Positions 26,524 to 34,903 of a stretch of 64,000 nt of DNA are shown piece by piece. Within the stretch, counting starts at the first letter, position 1; each line of letters starts with the position of its first letter. The notes under the pieces are model-generated. The model saw only the letters and a list, made by a program, of their open reading frames with translations, ran no database searches and was not told the origin of the DNA. Where the stretch lies: NCBI GenBank assembly GCA_902605365.1, contig CACLCM010000001.1:82595-146594 (forward strand), read 5' to 3'. Origin of the DNA: an uncultured Candidatus Poseidoniales archaeon. GTDB lineage: Archaea > Thermoplasmatota > Poseidoniia > Poseidoniales > Poseidoniaceae. The position numbers were made by a program, and so were the translations under genes.

Positions 26524-28185
26524 TCAAGCCTTGATGGACTCTAACTCTACAGGGTCTAATTTCAAACCTTTAGACATTTGAGTTCTTACGTATTCAGTCA
26601 CTTCTTTAGCGGTATCTTTTGATTCTTTAGTTCTCTTAGCAAGCGTTCGCATTGGCATTGCCATGCGATGATTTTTGGAGAAGTGAGATTGATTCTCCTC
26701 CAAGAAATTCCAATACATATCAGACATAGGACACGATTTTTTGAAGTGAAGTGAACAATCTCCACAGTAATCTCCCATTTTTTTGATGTAAGGAGTTCCG
26801 CTAACATATGGCTTAGTAGTCATCACATCACCTACAGCATAAGTCCCCATTGCTAGTACGTTTGGCTCGACTACCCAATCATAGGCATCAGTAAACATGG
26901 CCCAAAACCAGTCGGTTAATTCACGTGGATTAATTCCCAACAAATTACCGATATTAGCTAGTACCATCAGGCGAGGAATGTGGTGAGCATAACCTGTTTC
27001 AACAACATCAGAAACCGCAGTATCTAAGCACAGCATACCGCTTTTTTCTCCCCAATATGTTGGAGGTAAATCAAAATCGTTTCCAAGAACATTTGGTGTA
27101 ACTCTAGAGTTACTCCATTCACCTTCCCATCCGGCTCCACTGCGTGATGATAATTCTCCATCCTCAACTTCGAAACCATTGGTTAATTCGTGTACGTGAC
27201 GAACGAATTCCCTCCACCCAATTATTTGGCGTACGAATCCTTCTTTGGAGTTTAATGGAATGTCCAACTTCAATGTATCTTCAAGCAGATTTCTTGGCAT
27301 CAATCTGCCTAGGTTTAGCAGAGATGAAACAGTGGTGTGAAACAGTGTTTTGTGCTCTTTGGTCATAGCATCTTCATACGGGCCAAACCAGTGCATAACA
27401 GTTGATTTTGCCCAATCCCATAGGCGTGTAGAATCTTCATTGGATGCAGGTATATTCTCTTGGTTAATTTTCCCGGGATGATGTGAAAATTTGCTCTCAA
27501 CCATTTGTATTACTTCATTAGTAATCTGGTCTGGTTTGAAACTGGGCATCTGTGGTAGTTCAACCGCACTATCCCACGGTAGGCGATTCTGGTCATCTAA
27601 TGACCATGAACCACCTAATGGCTTACTATTTTCATCTAACAATATCGATTGGCTTTTCCTGATATGGCGATAGAATTTGTCCATTCTCCACGGAGGTTTA
27701 TCGCCCACGCTCGAGGTGAAATCTTCAGTTGTGGTTAACCATCCCTTGTGATTTAATAACTTGATTTTTCCAGTATCAATCAGATTTGAAATCGCTTTTC
27801 TCAAAGTAAGTTCAGCAGGCTTAGTTGCTGTAACCACTCCGTATTCATCTATTATTTCAGCAAGAACTTCAGAGTATCCTTTGTCGCTGAAAATGTACCT
27901 AATCGGGTGCCCAAGCCTTTGCATCTCAAGTGCGAAATGTCTCTGATTCGATAATTGCAGTACTAATTTCTGTTTGTGGTAGGGCAGTTGTTTTGCCTTC
28001 CAAGTAGTTTCAATAAATATCAGTCCAAGTTTACTAGCCTCAATTGCAGGAAGGAGTTCTTGATTCAGTTGGTCATATGTAACGAAGTGCCAGCGTTCCA
28101 CTCCGTTCGGAATGTCTAGTAAAGACGAAGCGAACGCTGACACATTACAAAGATTGTAGTTCTCCTTTTGAAAACTTGTTGCCAA
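26524..28185 (-). CDS. Cryptochrome/photolyase-family protein, COG3046 / FeS-BCP (PhrB/CryB-like) type
   Basis: The length and the motifs IIGWREFVRHV, GYAHHIPRLMVL and YDWVVEPNV fit. So does the C-terminal Cys cluster GDYCGDCSLHFKKSCP, typical of the Fe-S bearing prokaryotic (6-4) photolyase group. Confidence 0.75.
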   Translation of the reverse strand: MATSFQKENYNLCNVSAFASSLLDIPNGVERWHFVTYDQLNQELLPAIEASKLGLIFIETTWKAKQLPYHKQKLVLQLSNQRHFALEMQRLGHPIRYIFSDKGYSEVLAEIIDEYGVVTATKPAELTLRKAISNLIDTGKIKLLNHKGWLTTTEDFTSSVGDKPPWRMDKFYRHIRKSQSILLDENSKPLGGSWSLDDQNRLPWDSAVELPQMPSFKPDQITNEVIQMVESKFSHHPGKINQENIPASNEDSTRLWDWAKSTVMHWFGPYEDAMTKEHKTLFHTTVSSLLNLGRLMPRNLLEDTLKLDIPLNSKEGFVRQIIGWREFVRHVHELTNGFEVEDGELSSRSGAGWEGEWSNSRVTPNVLGNDFDLPPTYWGEKSGMLCLDTAVSDVVETGYAHHIPRLMVLANIGNLLGINPRELTDWFWAMFTDAYDWVVEPNVLAMGTYAVGDVMTTKPYVSGTPYIKKMGDYCGDCSLHFKKSCPMSDMYWNFLEENQSHFSKNHRMAMPMRTLAKRTKESKDTAKEVTEYVRTQMSKGLKLDPVELESIKA

Positions 28186-28233
28186 TCATAGAGTAATACA
28201 GACCTTATTAATTGAATTAGATTAGTGAAAGTT

Positions 28234-29058
28234 ATGCCTGAAGGACCTGAAATCCATCGTGCTGCGAATAGGATTCGCAAAGCACTGGAGGGCATGGTCA
28301 TCGAGGATGTTGAAATTACAATTCCAAGGTTCTCAGAATCTCATGAACAATTTCTTGGTAAGACGGTAAACCGAGTTGAAGCCCGTGGAAAGGCTATGCT
28401 GATCCACTTCGATAATTTCGTAATGTACAGTCACAATCAATTGTATGGAAGATGGACTGTTAACTTGAAGGATACAGCTCCAAAAAAATGGAATCGCGCT
28501 CTACGTGTTGCTCTTACAACAGAAAAGCACACTTGTAGACTGTGGTCTGCAACCGACATTTTGCTGATGGAGCCGTGGGAATTATCTGGCCATCCTTATC
28601 TTTCCAAACTTGGACCAGATGTCGTAATTCCTGAAACTACTGTAACTGAATTAGTTGAGCACATGAATGACAAGAGATTCCAGAGACGCCGATTGAAATC
28701 GCTATTACTAGACCAAGGTTTCTTTGCTGGAATTGGCAATTATCTACGCAGTGAGGTCTTATTCACTTCTGGCCTGCATCCCGATAGAACAGTTTCTTCA
28801 TTGAGCGATGAGGAAAAGAAAGTTTTAGCTGAGCAGGCACTCTTCTTATCTCGTCAATCATTCGATGTTCCTGGCATAACCGTCGACTTGGAAATGTATG
28901 ACAAATTACGTAGTTTTGGACAAACTAGAGGCCAGGCTAGGCATTGGGTATTCACTAGAAATGATATGGAATGCCATAACTGCAATTCCCTAATCATTCA
29001 TACCCGCCCTGGGGGCAGAAGGTTGGACTATTGTCCACAGTGTCAACCGGATTGCTAA
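28234..29058 (+). CDS. nei: Endonuclease VIII / formamidopyrimidine-DNA glycosylase family (Nei/Fpg)
   Basis: N-terminal MPEGPEI carries the catalytic Pro2/Glu3. The C-terminal zinc finger is CHNCNSLIIHTRPGGRRLDYCPQC. GTG 28225 would add three residues and bury Pro2. Confidence 0.85.
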   Translation: MPEGPEIHRAANRIRKALEGMVIEDVEITIPRFSESHEQFLGKTVNRVEARGKAMLIHFDNFVMYSHNQLYGRWTVNLKDTAPKKWNRALRVALTTEKHTCRLWSATDILLMEPWELSGHPYLSKLGPDVVIPETTVTELVEHMNDKRFQRRRLKSLLLDQGFFAGIGNYLRSEVLFTSGLHPDRTVSSLSDEEKKVLAEQALFLSRQSFDVPGITVDLEMYDKLRSFGQTRGQARHWVFTRNDMECHNCNSLIIHTRPGGRRLDYCPQCQPDC

Positions 29059-29163
29059 TGCAACAAGTTCAACCTACATTTTCCCATAAGAGGGAAGTAG
29101 CTACGAGCAGTAAATACATTTGATAATAGTACTTTGAATTCCAAACTGAAAAGATACAAGATG

Positions 29164-29184
29164 TTTTTTTAACCGGTTCTTTTT
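29164..29184 (+). terminator. Oligo-T tracts flanking AACCGGTT palindrome, possible archaeal terminator for nei
   Basis: tttttttaaccggttcttttt lies about 105 nt after the nei stop. Archaeal termination commonly uses oligo-T. Confidence 0.3.
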
Positions 29185-29194
29185 GGCGCAGGAC

Positions 29195-30196
29195 ATGAGG
29201 GTAACTGGTCCCACCTTTGCGGCGATTCTGTTGCTTTCTGCAACCTTATCTGGTTGTATTGGTTTTGGAGATGAAGAAGATTCAAATTCAAAAAATCAGG
29301 ATGCTAACGGAGAAGACATTTATTCCATCCATTGTCAAGAATACGATGATCTTGAGAGGTGTTGGAAACTGCTAGTTCCCAATAGCGTAGAGAAAGATAC
29401 TCTAGTACCACTTGTAGTTGATATTCATGGTTATACCCAAGACATGGATAAGCACAACAATGTGACTGGTTTTGCTGATTTAGCAATAGAACAGGGGTTC
29501 ATGGTAGTCTATCCAGATGGATATGAGAACTCTTGGAATGCGGGTGATATTTGTTGCGGAATAGCCTTTGAAGAGGGCATTGATGACATGAGTTTCCTCT
29601 TAGGAATGGTAGAGCACTTGATTGAAACACAACCTGTCGATGCAAATCGGGTATATGTCTCTGGATGGTCAAATGGCTGTTCGATGACACAAATGCTTGC
29701 AACTCAAGCCAGTGAAGTATTTGCAGCTGCGGGATGTATGGCGATGTATTTGATTACCGCACCATCTCCAGATTATTCACCGGTTCCATTCATGGAAGTA
29801 CATGGACTATTAGATGATCTAATTCTGTATGGTAATACTGGACCACTCTATATCTTTGGCCAAGAAGAAGGATGGGCGAAGGAAGGAGCGTTGCAGAATC
29901 TTGAAGACTGGAGAAAGATGAACAATTGCTCCGGCTTAGCTCCTGAAATGATAACAGTTGAGACAGATTATGATATTCGAGGATATTCGAATTGTGATAA
30001 CGGGGCAGAAGTTCGTCTCATGACTCTAAACTATGCAGGTCATAATCCGTATGCAAAAGACTGTCCTGACTATCAATTAGATTCTGCTGGCGACCTACTT
30101 TGGTCGTGCAGGAAGAATCCGACAGGGATAGAATCTACACGTATTCTGTGGGAATTCTTGAGTGGTTTTTCTAAAAGTGATGAAGAATCGTTCTAA
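29195..30196 (+). CDS. Secreted lipoprotein esterase, PHB-depolymerase/LpqC (COG3509) family
   Basis: Lipobox LSATLSGC. VVDIHGYTQ, YPDGYENSWNAGDICCG and the nucleophile elbow VSGWSNGCSM are present. The ORF is open from TTG 29183. Confidence 0.7.
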   Translation: MRVTGPTFAAILLLSATLSGCIGFGDEEDSNSKNQDANGEDIYSIHCQEYDDLERCWKLLVPNSVEKDTLVPLVVDIHGYTQDMDKHNNVTGFADLAIEQGFMVVYPDGYENSWNAGDICCGIAFEEGIDDMSFLLGMVEHLIETQPVDANRVYVSGWSNGCSMTQMLATQASEVFAAAGCMAMYLITAPSPDYSPVPFMEVHGLLDDLILYGNTGPLYIFGQEEGWAKEGALQNLEDWRKMNNCSGLAPEMITVETDYDIRGYSNCDNGAEVRLMTLNYAGHNPYAKDCPDYQLDSAGDLLWSCRKNPTGIESTRILWEFLSGFSKSDEESF

Positions 30197-30234
30197 CCCG
30201 ATTTAGTTTGTAATCTGGTTTCAAGAACATAGGC

Positions 30235-30245
30235 CACGGTGTGTC
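30235..30245 (+). repeat. Left direct repeat of islet (cacggtgtgtc)
   Basis: Exact 11-mer shared with 34839-34849. It lies 39 nt after the esterase stop and 41 nt before the DUF262 gene stop. Confidence 0.55.
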
Positions 30246-30286
30246 CTAGACCTATTTTAATCAAATTCAACTATCGAGTTTGTACA

Positions 30287-32605
30287 TCACTCGTATTCTT
30301 GCCACCTTGATAAAATCCATTTCGTGAGAAGTTTCGATCTTTCATCATGCGATAAATTGTCATATCCTAACGAATATTTTTCTGCTGTTAATTTTATTCT
30401 TCTGTACTTTGCCTGATTAGAATAATAGTACTGTTTACAGTTTTTCGGTTCCTCGGTCATACCAAATTTTGAATCCCAATCAAAATTACTCGCCTCACTA
30501 TTTTCATATGGTTGCAAAATTGTTAGATTCCCAATTGTGTTACTATATTTTTGATGCCACTTCTGATAATCTGGCTCTTCGCCTTCAAGGATTTTAATTT
30601 CATCAGAAAATTCCCATGTTTCCATTCTCGGAACCCATTTTGTATATGTCTCTGGGATGATATGTTCAATGGTGCTTTCAGTGTATTTTTCAATCACGTA
30701 ATCTTTGTGGCCCACCTTACTTCCAGACATTTCATATTCGTTCAATAAATACCTAGCCAAAGCTCTTTTTGAGTACATATTTGTTGATTTAAGTTCTCTA
30801 GTAACAGATTCATCGTCAGGATAATCATATCCAGATGTTGATTTTAACTTTCTAAGTAATGAGTTTGAATCTGGTTTTTCTCCACATGTCTTCCACATTC
30901 CTCTGAAAAAGTTTGTGAATCCTGCGTTTTGTAAACTACAGATGTTACGGCGTACTAGATATGATTCAATGACGTCCAAACACTTGGCAACCTCATCCTC
31001 TTGAGATTGAGTTCTTCTGTAAAATTGAAGTAATTCCATAAGGTACGGGAACGTCGTTGTAGGAGGATTATATCTTCGTAAACGAAGCAGCCGTTTCCAA
31101 ATCTTTTCACTTGTTCTAATTGGATCTGTTTTGCCACCATCGGCCTCCAATATTTCATTCTCTGGGAATTCTCGACAAAGAGAGATGTACACTGGGGCCA
31201 TTTCTTTTAATTCAGCAATCATTGCCGCTGATGTAGATTTTTTCGTTTTCCAATAATGTCTTAGTTGGACATACATCTTTCCTTTTGTGACATTTTCAAT
31301 AGGCCTAGTTAATGTAAAAGGAAAATAATAATCATCCAATTTCGATTTGACGTTGTTATTCGATTTGAATGAAAAGGATTCTTCATACTCTCGCATACTT
31401 CCTTCATAAAGATCATTAGCAGCTTCTGGCATATCTATTAGATTTTCAAAAATGAGGTTTCTGACTAAGTCTCCTGCTGATAGCTTTTTTCCAGTATTAT
31501 TCAAACGCTCGAAAATCATGTAAGGGTTTATTTCATTTGGAAGAATAATCATCGTGAAAAACAATCGATCTTTGATTATTTCAAACAAATATTCTAATTT
31601 TTCTCTGACTACATTTCCCTTTGAATCTCTAACCCTAGCTTTTACTCCCTTAATTAGATCGTTTTTCCAGGCATTGATTAATCTAACATTCTTACCTTTA
31701 TCCTGATTTAATTTTGGCTGTCCTAATGTTGGTATTAGATATTTTAGAATCTCGTTAAATTGTTTGGTATCAGAAATAGTTGGTACAATTGTGGGTGTGT
31801 TTTTTCTTGTCCCTGTTTTCACTGTCAAAGGGTCAGCAAAATTCTCTGCTATATCTCCAAACCCATTATCTTGGGCAACTTTGGTGATTGCACAAATTAG
31901 AGCATACAATGTGGTCAATCTTTGCTGCCCATCAATTACCCAATTTTCCTGAGTGCTTGATCCCGCTCCTGGCTTTGAGATACTAACCAAAATAGCGCCC
32001 AAGAATTGACTGTTTTCGTTGCCATGCCAAATATCATCGATATCACTCCATAGAGTGTCAAACTCGGTTTTTTCCCATTTGTAACGTCTTTGAAACATTG
32101 GCATTACGTAAATTTCTGTTCCATTAAGCAAAGTGCCTATAGTTTCTTGAGTTAAGGTAAGGTCTTCGCTTTTTGTATATATTCTATCTTCATTAGAACT
32201 TGGAATTGGATACTCCTCATATTGAATTACTGTCTCATTATCATTATCCAGATTATGCTCGATAGTCAGAGTTTTTTGCAGGATGAGACAAATTAAAACT
32301 TCCTCTTCTTCGTCATAATAAATCTCCATTTCATCATCTAGGTTTCCGAGATCTTTGATGTTAGAAATTCCAAATCGTCGATCACCTCTTGTTCTCGAAC
32401 GATAAATTGACATTTGTCCAATCTGTTTGGATTCTCCAATTCGAATTTGTATTGGCACCACAACTCCATTTTCCCTGCCATTTTTCATTTTTTCATAATC
32501 ACAGATTTCTAATTTACGAAGTAGTTTCCTGAGAGACGGTTTGGAATCAAATAGGTTCTTACCCCAGTTATTTGCAGTGAATACATACTTGGGTCTTTCT
32601 TCCAT
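30287..32605 (-). CDS. DUF262 (ParB-like NTPase) + DUF1524 (His-Me finger nuclease) protein, GmrSD/type IV restriction family, with unassigned N-terminal domain of about 145 aa
   Basis: VMPMFQRRYKWEK and VIDGQQRLTT are the DUF262 motifs. STIEHIIPE and IGNLTILQPYENSEASN are the DUF1524 motifs. The start is 4 nt downstream of the methyltransferase stop. Confidence 0.8.
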   Translation of the reverse strand: MEERPKYVFTANNWGKNLFDSKPSLRKLLRKLEICDYEKMKNGRENGVVVPIQIRIGESKQIGQMSIYRSRTRGDRRFGISNIKDLGNLDDEMEIYYDEEEEVLICLILQKTLTIEHNLDNDNETVIQYEEYPIPSSNEDRIYTKSEDLTLTQETIGTLLNGTEIYVMPMFQRRYKWEKTEFDTLWSDIDDIWHGNENSQFLGAILVSISKPGAGSSTQENWVIDGQQRLTTLYALICAITKVAQDNGFGDIAENFADPLTVKTGTRKNTPTIVPTISDTKQFNEILKYLIPTLGQPKLNQDKGKNVRLINAWKNDLIKGVKARVRDSKGNVVREKLEYLFEIIKDRLFFTMIILPNEINPYMIFERLNNTGKKLSAGDLVRNLIFENLIDMPEAANDLYEGSMREYEESFSFKSNNNVKSKLDDYYFPFTLTRPIENVTKGKMYVQLRHYWKTKKSTSAAMIAELKEMAPVYISLCREFPENEILEADGGKTDPIRTSEKIWKRLLRLRRYNPPTTTFPYLMELLQFYRRTQSQEDEVAKCLDVIESYLVRRNICSLQNAGFTNFFRGMWKTCGEKPDSNSLLRKLKSTSGYDYPDDESVTRELKSTNMYSKRALARYLLNEYEMSGSKVGHKDYVIEKYTESTIEHIIPETYTKWVPRMETWEFSDEIKILEGEEPDYQKWHQKYSNTIGNLTILQPYENSEASNFDWDSKFGMTEEPKNCKQYYYSNQAKYRRIKLTAEKYSLGYDNLSHDERSKLLTKWILSRWQEYE

Positions 32606-32609
32606 GTTA

Positions 32610-33908
32610 TTACTCGTAAGTTAATATTGATTTAATTCTTTCACCAATCGATTTCGCCATAAATGGAGGGACAGCGTTTCCAATTTGAGTGTATTTTGGA
32701 CACTCTCTTTCAAAAATACCCTCACTTGGTTTTCCCGCACGACGATCTCCACCAGTAGTTCTTGGCCCTAAGAATACATGATGATCTGGTAATGTTTGAA
32801 GACGAGCCCATTCTCTAACAGAATATGTCCTAGGAACTGAATAATGAACGTAATCATCTGGTATTGATTGACAAGTCATTGTAGGATTATTTCCCTTCCA
32901 TCTTCTTGGAGTAAACGATTGATTGTTTTTCTTAGTGCGTAAATGTTCAGGACAGTCTTTCATATTGCACTGATTATCAATCATGAATTGAAATCTCTCT
33001 TCAGTTGATGGACGATGATTTGAAAACTCGTGATCTGTAAGGAGATGCTTTCTCCAATTATCGCCTAACATGGCACGCATTTGTTTTTGGTACTCTGTTT
33101 TTGGTTTCTTACGATGCCTAGGTTTTTCTTCTATCCAACCTTGGAAATTTAAATCATCAATTGCATCAATGATGTCAGGAGGAATTAGTCCATTTCCAAT
33201 AGGAAATAATCCGCCATTGTTCCTTAATTCACCACTATAATTTGACTTTCCTCCCTGAAAGAACTTTTTTTGACGGGGATTAAATTTAATCATGTCGAAT
33301 TCGCCTTTCGAATAAACGTCATGCCTAACCCCCATGATCATGACACGTGGACGGTTTTGAGGAACTCCGAAATTGTACGCATGAAGTAATGTTGGTTGGA
33401 TTTTGTATCCTTCGATGCTCTCAAATTCTTTCCATACCCTCCTAAATACCTCTCCTTTCCTTGCTTTCTTTTTTTTCCATTTAGCTGTAAGTAAGCCTTC
33501 CACATTCTCAAATAAGAAAACCTTAGGTTGAAGTATATTGATCACTCTAATCATTTCTTGGAAAAGGTAACTTGTTGGGATATCTTTAGTTTCCACTTTC
33601 TGACTTCTGCGAACTTGACTACGTGAATATTCTTGACAAGGAGGGCCTCCACAAAGCAAGTCAAGTTTACCTATGCCTCCTAATATTGGTAGCAGTTCCT
33701 TTTTGATAATGTCATTGGATAACACATCGACTATGTTTCCTACAAATGGTATCGCATCAGGGAAATTGGCTCGAAAGGATGCTGCTGCATTCACATTTAC
33801 CTCATTGAAAGCTACGCATCTAAACCCCGCCCCTTCCAAACCTCTAGTTAATCCGCCGCACCCTGCGAACAAATCAACACTTGTCAGATTCCTTCGCTCT
33901 CCCATCAT
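32610..33908 (-). CDS. dcm: DNA (cytosine-5)-methyltransferase
   Basis: Motif I DLFAGCGGLTRGLEGAGF, motif IV GGPPCQEYS, motif VI LFENVEGL, motif VIII QNRPRV, motif X GNAVPP. Confidence 0.9.
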   Translation of the reverse strand: MMGERRNLTSVDLFAGCGGLTRGLEGAGFRCVAFNEVNVNAAASFRANFPDAIPFVGNIVDVLSNDIIKKELLPILGGIGKLDLLCGGPPCQEYSRSQVRRSQKVETKDIPTSYLFQEMIRVINILQPKVFLFENVEGLLTAKWKKKKARKGEVFRRVWKEFESIEGYKIQPTLLHAYNFGVPQNRPRVMIMGVRHDVYSKGEFDMIKFNPRQKKFFQGGKSNYSGELRNNGGLFPIGNGLIPPDIIDAIDDLNFQGWIEEKPRHRKKPKTEYQKQMRAMLGDNWRKHLLTDHEFSNHRPSTEERFQFMIDNQCNMKDCPEHLRTKKNNQSFTPRRWKGNNPTMTCQSIPDDYVHYSVPRTYSVREWARLQTLPDHHVFLGPRTTGGDRRAGKPSEGIFERECPKYTQIGNAVPPFMAKSIGERIKSILTYE

Positions 33909-33929
33909 TTGTTGTGTGCCAACACCTGG

Positions 33930-33936
33930 ATATAAA
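33930..33936 (-). promoter_or_regulatory. TATA-box-like element upstream of methyltransferase (would give a leaderless or near-leaderless mRNA)
   Basis: The minus strand reads gggTTTATATcc. The element is centred about 26 nt upstream of the ATG at 33908, matching archaeal TATA-to-TSS spacing. Confidence 0.3.
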
Positions 33937-33977
33937 CCCTGGCTTTAAACAATCAATTCACACCAATTAAAGCAGTT

Positions 33978-34696
33978 TTAGTAATTAGTTCTAACCAAAA
34001 TTCGACTGACTTGTTTGTGAGACCATTTTCCTCCTCGCTTGGCAGGAACGCCACACTCATTCAATTCTCTTGCAATCTCTGAAACCTTAATGCCGTCTTC
34101 GTGATACCTTGCATGGATGTATTCAATCCACTTCTGTTCCTCTTCATTCTCGATGAAGTTGTTGTCCTCATCCACATCCCAACCGTATTTATCGTAGGTG
34201 AATCGCTTTCCTGTATCTTTGAGATGCTGTAAGGCCATACAGGTTCGCTCGCTGATGAGATTCCTCTCCATTTCACCAAAGGCAGCCAAGATGGTAATCA
34301 GCATCCTGCCAACTGCTGAAGACAAATCAAGAGGTTGCCCTCCTGATTCACAGAATTGAATTCCTACTCCAAATTCATCTAATTCTTCTACTGTAGCAAG
34401 GCAATCGATGGTGCTGCGAAATAATCTATCCATTCTGTAAGCAAAAATGTGCTTAATTTTCTGCTTAAGGATGAACGCTTCATCTGCTTAGCAGCAGGTC
34501 TTGACCACAATGGCACCTTGGCACTCACTCCGTCATCGATGAAAATATTCTCATCAGGAAGCAGTAAATTACGAAATTCTGCGTTAGCTTTTCCTTTGGC
34601 AATTTGAGCATCTATGCTCACTCCATCCTCCGCTTGACGAGTTGTTGATACTCGAACGTAGAGAACGCATTCTTCTGCTTGTTTCTGCTTAGCCAT
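33978..34696 (-). pseudogene. Serine recombinase (resolvase/invertase type with recombinase/HTH C-terminal part), interrupted by a frameshift near 34472-34490
   Basis: The upstream frame gives MAKQKQAEECVLYVRVSTTRQAEDGVSIDAQ...DDGVSA...RPAAK. The other frame continues ADEAFILKQKIKHIFAYRMDRLFRSTIDCL...AAFGEMERNLISERT...GGKWSHKQVSRIL. The two halves are ORFs 34388-34834 and 33978-34433. Confidence 0.75.
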
Positions 34697-34838
34697 CAAT
34701 CTAGATTTATCCGGCTTGGTATTTACACTCACGCGACGGCCAAAAGTTCGGACACTGGGTTGGTGTGTCCGTCTTTTTCTGCTTGTAGAAGCAGAAGTAA
34801 AAGTGGATTTTCGGGTTGCTATATGGTCGGCCATACCG

Positions 34839-34849
34839 CACGGTGTGTC
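34839..34849 (+). repeat. Right direct repeat of islet (cacggtgtgtc)
   Basis: Exact 11-mer shared with 30235-30245. It lies upstream of the recombinase and 55 nt before the next plus-strand gene. Confidence 0.55.
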
Positions 34850-34903
34850 TTGAGGAGGATTTTCCTACGATTAGTTTATCACCTACATCCTTGAGTTTTG
34901 AGC

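Larger units (their letters stand above)
30235..34849. mobile_element. AT-rich integrated islet: DUF262/DUF1524 nuclease + C5 DNA methyltransferase + frameshifted serine recombinase, flanked by 11-bp direct repeat
   Basis: cacggtgtgtc occurs at 30235-30245 and 34839-34849, each in the intergenic spacer just outside the three-gene block. The block is visibly more AT-rich than its neighbours. All three genes are on the minus strand. Confidence 0.6.

Noticed and set aside
30199-30215. A second similarity between the islet flanks: cgatttagtttgtaatc (left) versus cgattagtttatcacc (34872-34887, right)
   Set aside because: It needs a gap and mismatches, and its order relative to the 11-bp repeat is inverted between the two sides. 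It probably reflects AT-rich promoter-like sequence rather than att structure.
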